Position numbers and translations under genes: made by a program
Origin: Ranitomeya imitator
Lineage: Eukaryota
Reading direction: 5' to 3'
Assembly: GCF_032444005.1 (NCBI RefSeq)
Contig: NC_091287.1
Location: forward strand, 78,616,001-78,680,000
Length of the DNA stretch: 64,000 nt
Shown here: one piece after another, positions 1 through 11,846 of the stretch
Numbering within the stretch: position 1 is the first letter of the stretch
Layout: each line of letters begins with the position of its first letter
Notes under the pieces: generated by a model
What the model was told of the DNA's origin: nothing
The model's input: only the letters and a program-made list of their open reading frames with translations
Database searches by the model: none

Positions 1-1525
1 CTGCTGGTTTCTATGGTGCCAATGCCAACATATTCCTCGGCGACGTTCTGAAACTGTCGTCATACACATACATTGCCTACCGCCAACAGGCACATTCAAA
101 CTAGGGCCAATTTCATAGCGATAAGCCTATTATCTAGTGTAATACAAAAGTGACGCTGCTTGTCTGCTCCTACATTAACCTGATATACAGGTAAAATAGA
201 GATACTGCAAGTACATAAGACATTCTAAAACACAAAATCATTGGGGTCGATAACATGGTTGCATGACACTTTATTTATTTACATCTTCATATGGATGTAA
301 CCATACATAGCACTGCATGTTTTTTGCTGCTCACATAAACGCTTTACGTAAGATTGGCACTATTGTGGTTTTGTTGCACAATTTACCCATCAGTATGTTC
401 TGGAGTACAGATGTAGTTAAGGCTTCATAGAAAAATGGAAGATGATACGACATTCTCCAAGTGATGTGAAAAAAATATTTTATTTAGAAGGCGCACGTAT
501 TCATTTCATAGGGGAGAGCTATATGCCGTAGGACCGAGCAACTGTTTATTGGCTTTCACACACGAGTCATCTGCCAGTTTTGGTTGAAGCGTGAATTAAC
601 ATGTAACGGCCGTTGCCCGCTCTTATTCTTGGTAATGCTCTGCCATGAATATGCACTTCTTCAAAGTAAAAGACTTTGTTCACCAAGCTTGGTGAATATA
701 GTATATTATTCTATGTTTCTACAATATTGTCATGCGCTCTAGCAACATACTGAGCGCCGCCGCCGCTGCGGACATCTGCTGAGCTCTGGCGGATATATTT
801 GATTTTATAGTGTTTAGTGCCAAGCACTGATTTAATTTTTACTATACGAACTTGTAGCTAAGGTTTACAAGACTCACAAAGCACCATCTTGATAACTTGT
901 CACAGAAGACTATCTCACTTGGGAGGATTAAAGGGGTTGTCTGGCCTTAGGGTACAAGTCTGCAGTCACTCTATGCGACTGCAGACTTGGGAATCCTCAC
1001 AGCACATACTTCAAATATGGCAAACAAAATATTTAGGACAACATAGATATCAATAGGGGTGGCCTCAGGCCTGAGTAACCCAACCACCACATGCAATAGC
1101 CATGGAACTACTCCTAACGATACGGTAGACAACAAAAAATTGGAGTACCAATATCCAAGAAGAAGTAAAATCTCAATAATTTTTATTTTACTGATAAATA
1201 TAAGGCACCGAAACAACGTAAAACATAGTCATATCATAAGAGTTTTTTGCAAGACAAAGACTCAGGTGCAGCAATTCACATGCATACAAACAGCACAAGT
1301 AAGTAAGATAAAGTAAAATAATATACCAATGCTAGTAAAGTGACAATGCTTCAAATATACCCAGAGTTTAAGTGGTGATAATAGGGGTAGCCATGTCAAA
1401 TATTGTGTGGTCAGTGTCACGTATAGTAACATGTGATACCGATCGTATTAACACATGGCATACACTGAAAATCACATTAGATCAATAGTTCTTTCCCATA
1501 GTTGTGATGCCAGTCGCATGTGTAA

Positions 1526-1561
1526 CCCCTATGCGCATTTCGCATGGGCTTCGTCAGGGGG
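1526..1561 (-). ncRNA. Minimal type I hammerhead ribozyme motif
   Basis: CCCC-CUGACGA-A-GC(CCAU)GC-GAAA-UGCGCA-UA-GGGG: catalytic core, 4-bp stem I, 2-bp stem II, palindromic stem III. Confidence 0.7.
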
Positions 1562-1572
1562 CTGAGATGAAG

Positions 1573-1608
1573 CCCCCTGACGAAGCCCACACGAAACGCA
1601 CGTAGGGG
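1573..1608 (+). ncRNA. Minimal type I hammerhead ribozyme motif (mutated mirror copy)
   Basis: CCCC-CUGACGA-A-GC(CCAC)AC-GAAA-CGCACG-UA-GGGG; core intact, stems II and III each damaged by one substitution. Confidence 0.6.
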
Positions 1609-2435
1609 TTACACGTGCGACTGGCATCACAACTATGGGTAAGAACTATTGATCTAATGTGATTTTTCAGTGTATGCCATGTGTTAATACGATCGGTATC
1701 ACATGTTGCTATAGGTCACACCAACCACACGATATTTGACCTGGCTACCCCTATTATCACCACTTAAACTCTGGGTATATTTGAAGCACAGTCACTTTAC
1801 TAGCAACGGTATATCATTTTACTTTATCTTACTTGGTTGTGCTGTTTGTATGCATGAGAATTGTTCCACCTAAGTCTTTGTCTTGCACAAAACTCTTGTT
1901 ATGATAAGACTATGTTTTACGTTGTTTCAGTGCCTTATATTTATCAGAAAAATAAAAATGATTGTGATTTTACTTCTTCTTGGATATTGGTACTCCAATT
2001 TTTTGTTGTCTACATACTTCAAGTATGTGATGTGCACATATAAGGTCACATGCTGACTAGACTGTGCAGCCTAGCTCATTGCAAGTGTATTGTCCGAGTC
2101 CAGACAAGTCTAGTTGAAATGTGGCCAAATTATGCAAATCACATACTTGCGGTCACATGACTGCCGACTCCCGATGCTGGAGAATTCTCACAGCGTACTG
2201 TGTGTGCGTTGTGAGGATTTACAAGTCTGCAGTCACAGAGTGCCTGCACACTTGTACCCTAAATCCAGACAACCCAAGTCATTGCCTGGTCATTGAGCCA
2301 TTGAGTCAAGTAAGATGTTGAATCACCCTTTTTTATGCGGTGATTTCCCAGTGATGTGTGCAAGTCAAGGAAAACTTCGTGTGACCTGTAGGTAAGAAAA
2401 CTGGACTACCAAGTGCAAATCCATGCAATTATGAG

Positions 2436-3092
2436 TAGTGTTGAGCATTCCGATACTGCAAGTATCGGGTATCGGCCGATATTTGCTGTATCGAAATTCC
2501 GATACCGAGTTCCGATATTTTTGTGATATCGGAAATCGGTATTGGAGTGTGCGGTGCGTATGGTTCCAAGGGTCTGGAGGAGAGGAAACTCCTTCAGGCC
2601 CTGGGATCCATATTAATGTAAAAAAAAAAAAAAAAAAATATGGCGATACTCACCCCTGGCTGTCACCGCTGCGAGCATCCGCCTCCGTTCCTGAGAATGT
2701 GGTGAGTGAAGGACCTTCGATGACGTCGCGGTCAGGTGAGCGGTCACGTGAGCGGTCAGGTCACGACGTCATCGAAGGTCCTTCACTCTCTGCAATTCTC
2801 AGGAACGGAGGCGGACGCTCGCAGCGGTGACAGCCAGGGTCCTTCGGAGGGGTGAGTATAGCCATATTTTTTATTTTTATTCTTTATTTTTTACATTAAT
2901 ATGGATCCCAGGGCCTGAAGGAGATTTTCCTCTCCTTCAGACCCTGGGAACCATCGAGGATACATTCCGATATTTGTGTCCCATTGACTTGTATTGGTAT
3001 CGGGTATCGGTGAGATCCGATATTTTGCCGGTATCGGCCGATACCATCCGATACCGATACTTTCAAATATCGGAAGGTATCGCTCAACATTA
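2436..3092. mobile_element. hAT-type MITE
   Basis: TIRs TAGTGTTGAGC/GCTCAACATTA; 8-bp TSD ATTATGAG at 2428-2435 and 3093-3100. Confidence 0.85.
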
Positions 3093-3154
3093 ATTATGAG
3101 ACAAACATGCCTCCCGATATCCCTGAAAAGTCAGCAGTATGCCATGAACATTAC

Positions 3155-3298
3155 CTTTCCCATAAGTGTCTTGCATGCTTTCCAGCTCCGGTCTTTAGCT
3201 ATCCTGCCTCGGGGAGCCAGCAGCACCATTACAGCAGCGGTAACATTTATTACTGCTGTTGGTGGGTTAGGGAAGGTTTTAAGCTCAGTAAGGTTTAC
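3155..3298 (-). CDS. dnah11: dnah11 exon 11 of 11 in window, 144 nt; microtubule-binding domain start
   Basis: tcaaag|GTAAAC ... GGAAAG|gtaat; [48 protein letters not shown]. Confidence 0.94.
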
Positions 3299-4819
3299 CT
3301 TTGAGACAAGAAAACAGATTGTTAAAATGGTAGCATTATCGGACAGCCAATATCAAGGTATCCTTTTATTCAGCTTCCTATGACATACATGCCCATATGC
3401 TTTGGAAGTTTGATCCTATTGAGAGATTCCCTTTTTAATAACAGGATAAAAATTGTTACTTTTTATCAGCATTCAGAAAAGCGTCCAGTTTACATCTACT
3501 AATAACACCAATGTGAATTTCCAGGTCTACTTCTCTATACTGGTATAGTAATAGGTTAGTTATTACACACCAAAAGAAAGGCAGAAAATACTGAAAAAAT
3601 GTACACTGAATATAAAAGGTGTACTCACCCCTGTTAAAATGGCAGGTTTTTGTTATGTAAAAAAATCTTACCAAGAAGATTAATTTCAGAACTTTTTCAA
3701 CCTTTTAATGTCACTCATAATTTGTCCAAAGCCATTGAAAAATAAAGTGAAATCTTTTTGATTTGAAAAATAAATAAGTAAAAGAACTAAAATATTATTG
3801 CTGCGTAAACATGCACACCCTTAAACTAATACTTTGCTGAAGTACTCTGAGGCAGTAACTGGCGATACCTGTAGGGGGTTGCTGTGCGTTTCCCCCCCAG
3901 GGTGCGCAGAGAGGCGTATTGAGGTCATGAGAGGACACTGCAGTCACAGGCCTAACTGTGGTTGCAGTCCATTTCATGCCTGGCAGCAGAGCATTGGGTG
4001 TGTCAGTATCAGAGTGGAGATTGTATGGTGTAGAGCAGACAGCTCTGCAAGAGCCTAGCCTGTGTGAGGGTAAAACAGAGCCCAGCAGAGTGAACTCCTG
4101 GTACCCACAGCTTACACAGCGGTGCATTCGCGCACGGCAACTAGTCTCGGAGGTGGATGGTCTTGCGCCCGGCGGTGAACCGGAGGTAGACTGTTATGGC
4201 TGGCAATCAGGCAACACAGCGTGCAGTAATCAGCGCACATACAGAGATCTGGCAATAACCAAAAACAATAGGACGAGCTCTGAGACGTGGAATCTCTGTA
4301 GACTGCAGTACCTGATCTATCCTCACACAACTATAAGCAGCAGTGGATTGCGCCTATCACTACCTATGCAACTCGGCACTGCCTGAGGAGCTGACTAGCC
4401 TGAAGATAGAAATACAAGCCTGACTTACCTCAGAGAAATACCCCAAAGGAATAGGCAGCCCCCCACATATAATGACTGTTAGCAAGATGAAAAGACAAAC
4501 GTAGGAATGAAATAGATTCAGCAAAGTGAGGCCCGATATTCTAGACAGAGCGAGGATAGCAAAGAGAACTATGCAGTCTACAAAAAACCCTAAAACGAAA
4601 ACCACGCAAAGGGGCAAAAAGACCCACCGTGCCGAACTAACAGCACGGCGGTGCACCCCTTTGCTTCTCAGAGCTTCCAGCAAAAGTTAATAGCAAGCTG
4701 GACAGAAAAAAACAGAAAACAAACTAGAAGCACTTATCTAGCAGAGCAGCAGGCCCAAGGAAAGATGCAGTAGCTCAGATCCAACACTGGAACATTGACA
4801 AGGAGCAAGGAAGACAGAC

Positions 4820-5524
4820 TCAGGTGGAGCTAAATAGCAAGGCAGCCAACGAGCTCACCAAAACACCTGAGGGAGGAAGCCCAGAGACTGCAATACCACT
4901 TGTGACCACAGAAGTGAACTCAGCCACAGAATTCACAACAGTACCCCCCCCTTGAGGAGGGGTCACCGAACCCTCACCAGAACCCCCAGGCCGACCAGGA
5001 TGAGCCACATGAAAGGCACGAACAAGATCTGGGGCATGGACATCAGAGGCAAAAACCCAGGAATTATCTTCCTGAGCATAACCCTTCCATTTGACCAGAT
5101 ACTGGAGTTTCCGTCTAGAGACACGAGAATCCAAAATCTTCTCCACAATATACTCCAATTCCCCCTCCACCAAAACAGGGGCAGGAGGCTCCACAGATGG
5201 AACCATAGGTGCCACGTATCTCCTCAACAACGACCTATGGAATACATTATGTATGGAAAAGGAGTCTGGGAGGGTCAGACGAAAAGACACCGGATTGAGA
5301 ATCTCAGAAATCCTATACGGACCAATAAAACGAGGTTTAAATTTAGGAGAGGAAACCTTCATAGGAATATGACGAGAAGATAACCAAACCAGATCCCCAA
5401 CACGAAGTCGGGGTCCCACACGGCGTCTGCGATTAGCGAAAAGCTGAGCCTTCTCCTGGGACAAGGTCAAATTGTCCACTACCTGAGTCCAGATCTGCTG
5501 CAACCTGTCCACCACAGAATCCAC
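4820..5524 (-). pseudogene. Integrase C-terminus (GPY/F) plus chromodomain
   Basis: KFKPRFIGPYRI...HNVFHRSLLR...EYIVEKILDSR...LQYLVKWKGYAQEDNSW. Confidence 0.9.
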
Positions 5525-5543
5525 ACCAGGACAGTCCGAAGAC

Positions 5544-6119
5544 TCAACCTGTCCTGAAGAGAAACGAGGATGGAAATCCCACCATTACATCCTTAAGAGC
5601 TTCAGAGAGACCCTTTCTGAACAAAGCCGCTAGTGCAGATTCATTCCACAGAGTGAGTACTGACCACTTCCTAAATTTCTGACAATATACTTCTACATCA
5701 TCCTTACCCTGGCATAAAGCCAGCAGATTTTTTTCAGCCTGATCCACTGAATTAGGCTCATCGTAAAGCAATCCCAGCGCCTGGAAAAATGCATCAACAT
5801 TACTCAATGCAGAATCTCCTGGCGCAAGAGAAAACGCCCAGTCCTGTGGGTCGCCGCGCAAAAAAGAAATAATAATCAAAACCTGTTGAATAGGATTACC
5901 AGAAGAATGAGGTTTCAAGGCCAAAAGTAGCTTACAATTATTTCTGAAGCTCAGGAACTTAGTTCTGTCACCAAAAAACAAATCAGGAATCGGAATTCTT
6001 GGTTCTAGCATCGATTTCCGATCAATAGTATCTTGAATCTTTTGTACATTTACAACAAGATTATCCATTGAGGAGCACAGAGCCTGAATATCCATGTCCA
6101 CAGCTGTGTCCTGAAGCAC
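5544..6119 (-). pseudogene. Truncated retrotransposon gag (PEG10/RTL1/sushi-like capsid)
   Basis: EPRIPIPDLFFGDRTKFLSF...ISFLRGDPQDWA...LCQGKDDVEVYCQKF...FRKGLSEALKD; C-terminus cut by internal deletion. Confidence 0.88.
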
Positions 6120-7557
6120 TCTAATGTCTAGGGGAAAAAAAAGACTGAAGACAGAGCTAAGAAAAAAAAAATGATGTCAGGATTTCTTTTTTCCCTCTAT
6201 TGAGAATCATTGGTGTGGCTCCTTGTACTGTTATGGCTGGCAATCAGGCAACACAGCGTGCAGTAATCAGCGCACATACAGAGATCTGGCAATAACCAAA
6301 AACAATAGGACAAGCTCTGAGACGTGGAATCTCTGTAGACTGCAGTACCTGATCTATCCTCACACAACTATAAGCAGCAGTGGATTGCGCCTATCACTAC
6401 CTATGCAACTCGGCACTGCCTGAGGAGCTGACTAGCCTGAAGATAGAAATACAAGCCTGACTTACCTCAGAGAAATACCCCAAAGGAATAGGCAGCCCCC
6501 CACATATAATGACTGTTAGCAAGATGAAAAGACAAACGTAGGAATGAAATAGATTCAGCAAAGTGAGGCCCGATATTCTAGACAGAGCGAGGATAGCAAA
6601 GAGAACTATGCAATCTACAAAAAACCCTAAAACGAAAACCACGCAAAGGGGCAAAAAGACCCACCGTGCCGAACTAACAGCACGGCGGTGCACCCCTTTG
6701 CTTCTCAGAGCTTCCAGCAAAAGTTAATAGCAAGCTGGACAGAAAAAAAACAGAAAACAAACTAGAAGCACTTATCTAGCAGAGCAGCAGGCCCAAGGAA
6801 AGATGCAGTAGCTCAGATCCAACACTGGAACATTGACAAGGAGCAAGGAAGACAGACTCAGGTGGAGCTAAATAGCAAGGCAGCCAACGAGCTCACCAAA
6901 ACACCTGAGGGAGGAAGCCCAGAGACTGCAATACCACTTGTGACCACAGAAGTGAACTCAGCCACAGAATTCACAACAGTAGACTGTCCTGTGCCCGAAG
7001 GAGGACTAGCGTGTTTAGTGACTGTAATCCAGAGGATGTGTGCCTGACTGCAATTTGGAGGATATCGTGTGCTGTGTTTATGCGAGTTGGACATTTAATG
7101 TTGTCAAGTAAATACATTAAAGAGACTTTTGTTTGGAACTTTGCTGAGTCACTGCCTCATCACTGCATAAGTGTGCTACCGCTGCACTACAAGTACCCTT
7201 TGAATTTATGACTGCATTTAGTCTTTTTGGGGGCTGGAGTCTCTCAGCACGGCACATCTAGAATTGTCAATCTTTGCTGACTCTACCTTGCAGTAGCTCC
7301 AAATCTGTCAGATGATTGTTAGGACATCTACTGTGTACAGAGTCCTCTTCAGGTCACTCCCAGATTTTAAACTGGATTCAGGTCTAGGCCATTCCAAAAC
7401 TTGGCTTCGGGTCATTGACATGCTGAAAGGTGATAATCCTCCTCATCTTCAGCTTTTGTTGCTTGCAGGTTTTATTGCAAAATAAACCGTTATCTTGCAC
7501 TATTTATTATTCCATCCACCTTGGCTAATGCCCCAGTTCCACCTGCTGAAAAGCAGC

Positions 7558-8821
7558 TGCAGCACCCCAGAGACCTGGTCGTTGCAGTATGACACTCTGC
7601 CACTAAGGGGAGTGATGGTACGTCTGATGGCACTGAAGGAATTCTCCTGACCAGGTATCACCAGCACACATTACACTTCACACTCCAGCCACTAGGGGGA
7701 GCAAAAGGCTTTATTTATTGGGCCCCTCCTCACACTGGTAAGACTAGGGGTTGGATAGAAAGTTAGTCAGAAGCTGACTGGGTTGGATTTAGGCAACATC
7801 CCGTGGCAGGGGGTGTTGCAGGGAGAAGGCACAGGGGGGTCCCTGTCAGGCGTGGGAACCTGGCAGGTGCCTAGCGAACAAAACAGAACGTTACGGAACC
7901 GCGCCTGCACTACCTTGTGGCGGTATCCTAAGAAAGAGACAAGAAGCGAAGGATATTGTGGAACAGTGTAAACGAGATCAAGCAAAAAGGAGTACCAGTA
8001 GGAGTCGTGCCGTGAGACCGAGGCAACATCCTACTGAGGCGCGTAGCCGGTGGCCGGAACACCGCGGGAGTAACTGACTTTAGGCCTTACTTTAAACTCC
8101 CGCATGACAGTTAATTATAAGTTGGCTGTCTACCTTAAATTTCCTAAGAAGACATAGGGGGCAACAGTGGGAGAGGGGCGTCTCTAGGGTCCCGGAAGAC
8201 CTCCAGGCCTTCCCGTCATACGGGTGCGTCCTAGCCAAAACATACTGGGGGACGAGAAACTAGCAACATCTGGAACTAAAGAGAGAGAGAGAGCTGTAGA
8301 GAACGAACGAACGAGAACAGCAGTTGTGAGGACTATTCCGAATGCTCAGCAGGGTAGGACTACAACACACAGGCGCTAGTGGTGGGCAACGATTTCCATC
8401 TGCGAGGGAAACTCTGGAAGTGCCCATCAGGCCGGCCTGTCTCTGATAGCCCTGTTGGATGTGCTCTGGATTGAGGATCCTGAAGTCTTCGGTAAAGAGA
8501 CTGCAACCTTGTGTCCTCGTTATTGCCTCCACCTCACACCATCACCATCCACCTTACTGGGAAGCCCTGGGGACATACTTCACCTGTGGGAAGGTATACC
8601 ATCCAGCTGCTATTCCATCATCCCAGCGGACCCCACAGCAGCGTCGGTCACCCTGACGGAACACCACAGGTGGCGTCACGAACCTCTGACATACTGCACC
8701 ACCTTTATTGGACGCCCCTTAGCAGGGTCGCGGACCGGGTCTAGCCACCGTGACAGCCTCAGAACCGAACCAGAGAGGCCCGGTACCGAGAACGCGTGGC
8801 ACTGTGTCTGGGGGCGATCCA
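7558..8821. mobile_element. Solo LTR (1264 bp)
   Basis: TG...CA termini; 4-bp TSD CAGC at 7554-7557 and 8822-8825; host Tc1 sequence contiguous across it; no internal ORF. Confidence 0.7.
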
Positions 8822-11083
8822 CAGCCCCAAAGCACAATGCTGCTTCCACCATGCTTCACTCTGGGTGAATTATTTTATTTTTATTTTACCCCTCAAACTG
8901 ATTTTAATCATTTCTCAATGGATATGTACAGATTATGGGTGAAAAAAAATCTGAAATTATTCTTCTTGGTATGATTTTTTTTACATGGCAAAAATCTGGC
9001 ATTATAACACAGTTGTGTATAATTTTTATATCCACTGTACATTATCTTTGACTAAATGAACATTGTTGTCGATTATACACAGTACGGTTATAATTGAAGC
9101 TTTAGGTAGGTAATATTTCTGTTCTTCTACTGTGGAAATTATACCATTATTTGCTCATACTTTACAATGGATGCACTCATTCCAGCAGTTGAGTGATGTT
9201 CAAACACAAATGTGACATCCTAAAATATATAGAGATAAAATCTAAAAATGTACTTTGCATTCTGGCAACAAAATTTACCAGCACTTTTTTTTTGCCAAGT
9301 ATGTCGTACAGGAAATACTCAATATGAATGATGACTCCCTGATGAGCAAAAGAAAAGAGATCCCTTTGCATGGGAAGATACAATTGAATACTTGTAAAAC
9401 ATCAGTTAGACGTCTTTAAACCCCACACATTATCTTGTCAGACGTTCCTAAATCACAGTTCCTACTGAGATGCAAGCCATGTTGTTTACTTCTAAAGCTC
9501 AATTTATACCAACCATCATGTTAAAACTGGCTGCTGCAAAGGTCTTGTGTATAGAGAACATTTCCCATGTATAACACTTCAGACCCCTGAAGCTTCAAGA
9601 ATTGGTTAAAAATAACATAAAATAATGTTGTTTAGCTGGCATAATGACAGGCTTACTAATAATGACAAGTCCACCACCATCAGAGTTATACGTTCCCTTC
9701 TTAGTGTTTTTTGATGTGTTATAATGCAATATTGCTATTACGATGTCACCGTGTTTTCGGGACTAAAAGACGCATGTTTTGGCAAAAAAAAAAAAAAAAG
9801 AATTGTCTGGAATGTCCCTGGGCCTTATAGTCCACAGTCAGACTCCTCTATCTTCTAACTCAATGATGTGGTCTTCTCTGGCCACCACAATGGACCAGAT
9901 GTTGCTTTCCTGTCTGCAACTGAACATCCGATTGAACACGCCGCTCTGTTTCCGATGGCCAGAACTGGGCGCCGCAGGATAATGTAGCCTTCCTGCTGCT
10001 CCCCAACCTCCATACTATGCATACTACAACCAGGGATATATAATAGAGTTGGATATCACCATCATCATTAAGTAATCTGAGCCTAACCTTCTTCAACTGT
10101 CAAGGCACAATAGCTACACCGCTAATTGGTCACACGGGTTCTACCTATTAGAGTAAATATGACCAAAAACGTGTGATACAGTAGCATAATTGTAGATGAG
10201 ATTTTAGGAATTCTATTCCATATACCGCAGTGAATATCCACAGCGTAAATTGACTAGTGATACAGATTTCACATTCACAGCATATTAGTTTGTGCCAGCT
10301 ACTTGACTGGGTCTCTCACAAGGCAGAGATACCGGAGACTCCTCACTAACTTATGCCTATCCTCCCTATGCTATGCTAAAACAGAAAAGTTAGCGACATT
10401 AAACCATCTACTTCCTTACACATCCAGGAAAGTTTTAGTTAGAATTTATATTTTTTCCGTGTTTACAAATCTGGTAATGTCCTACAGTTCAGTGAACCTC
10501 ATTGTCCAAAAATTATGGTATATCATGTTATCCAAGAAGACATGCAACTGCGCCATGATTTAACCTGCATTGTAGAAATTCAACATTTATCAGGCAATTA
10601 TCTCAATATCGGGCACAAAGCCTATTTGTTTCAGGCTATAAATACTCAAAAAATTATTAAAATATTATTCTCAAAAAACAAGTTATCCCCTATTCGTAGT
10701 ATGGAAAATAACTTGCAGATCGCTGGGGGTCTGACCACTGAGGCCCTCAGGGATCCCAAGAACAGGGCTCTGGAGCCTCAAAGTGAATGGAGCAGGAGAG
10801 CATGCTCAGCCTCTGCTGGATTTGTTATTTATGGGACTGCCAAGTGCAGCTCCCAAATATAGGCAATAAATGGTGAGGAGATCAAGCATGTGAACCTGCA
10901 TTCAAGACGGATCTCCAGAGCTCTGTTCTTGGGCCTCCAGAGCTCTGATCTCAGGATCCTTGAGGTTCCTCAGGTCAGACCCCAAGCAATCAACAGCTTA
11001 TCACCTATACAAGGAATAGCTTTTTTTTCTGGGGACTAACCCTTAAAACATTTACTTGGAGTAAGTGCTACAATTTCACTTAC

Positions 11084-11197
11084 CTTGTTAAGGGTATTTA
11101 GGGCTGTAGTAGCAGCTAATAAGGCTGGTTCGGCCTTCATCAGGTCATCCTCACAATCCTTCTGCTTCACAGATACCTCTGATTGTATCGATGCCAC
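11084..11197 (-). CDS. dnah11: dnah11 exon 10 of 11 in window, 114 nt (absent from ORF track)
   Basis: ttttag|GTGGCA ... AACAAG|gtaagt; [38 protein letters not shown]. Confidence 0.95.
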
Positions 11198-11846
11198 CTA
11201 AAAGTGAAAAACATTAAATATTCCCCCCTTTGTATGACATACAACAGCTAGCAGACTTTAGAAAAAAAAATAATTACAATTTTTTTAAACTTTCTTTTGC
11301 TTTAATAACATATTTATAAAAAATAAATTCTGGATTTTCAAAGTTCACTTCTATTTTGCTCTAGTTTGCACATGGATAAGTCACAACTAATTAACCTGTT
11401 GCTATTGCAATTTTAGTTAGAACAAGCTCAACTTTTTTTTCATTTTTTTTTTTCTTAAGTGAAAACCGCTAAGTAATTGCAATTTTCTGATGACAGCAAC
11501 TGGATGGCGCACTAAAACCTATGTCAGATATGTACGAAAGAAGATAAATCCTTCAGAATAGTGGAGTGAATATAATTATTGTATTTCTCACACCCTTAAT
11601 AGAACCTACACATTAAGATGACCTCCTATTGTCCCATCAAATCAGTTTAAGAGCTGGAAGGTGAGAAAATACAGAGCGGGGTGAAGTGGTAATCGTGTTG
11701 GAAAAATACTGCTACATGCCCTACCATCACTATCCTTTACATATCTTGCTCCCTGGAGAGAGGCTTGTTGAAAATGGCTTGTCTACAAAAGGTGTTCTCT
11801 GTGCAGAGTGTTCCTTGGAATATCTAAATGACTGCATTACACTGAC

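Larger units (their letters stand above)
1015..2011 (-). mobile_element. Non-coding Penelope-like fold-back insertion 1
   Basis: 11-bp direct repeat ACATACTTCAA at 1004-1014 and 2012-2022; inverted arms ~1125-1563 and ~1571-2013; hammerhead motifs at the apex. Confidence 0.75.
932..2275. mobile_element. Kolobok/T2-type MITE interrupted by a Penelope-like insertion
   Basis: TTAA|AGGGGTTGTCTGG left end; inverted partner CCAGACAACCC at right; internal inverted arms. Confidence 0.6.
4192..6978 (-). mobile_element. Ty3/Gypsy chromovirus (Tf1/sushi group), internally deleted, two near-identical LTRs
   Basis: LTRs 4192-4940 and 6229-6978 (TG...CA; three differences seen); 6-bp flanking repeat GTAGAC; G-rich PPT next to 4941; gag and integrase-chromodomain ORFs. 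Confidence 0.93.
3846..7191 (+). mobile_element. Solo LTR (~0.55 kb) split by a chromovirus insertion
   Basis: 5-bp direct repeat AGTAC at 3841-3845 and 7192-7196; ends ...CTACA; ATTAAA near the 3' end; left end reads TC rather than TG. Confidence 0.6.
3604..9037. mobile_element. Internally deleted Tc1/mariner relic hosting three LTR insertions
   Basis: TA|CACTGAATATAAAAGG left TIR and TTTTTATATCCACTG|TA right TIR; Tc1-like internal sequence resumes after each insertion. Confidence 0.7.

Noticed and set aside
1-930. Next dnah11 exon (expected VDDFL...) below 3155 and previous exon above 62106
   Set aside because: No matching peptide with splice sites found in 1-3154 or 62107-64000; presumably outside the window
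2994-3383. Plus-strand ORFs overlapping exons (also 11686-11901, 51512-51742)
   Set aside because: Antisense shadows of dnah11 exons or MITE sequence
4360-4683. Hydrophobic 107-aa ORF duplicated at 6397-6720 (possible env-like or membrane protein)
   Set aside because: Lies wholly within the LTRs, duplicated only because the LTR is; no recognisable domain
9860-10096. Short ORF with faint Tc1-like character
   Set aside because: Too degraded; no TIRs or catalytic motif could be supported
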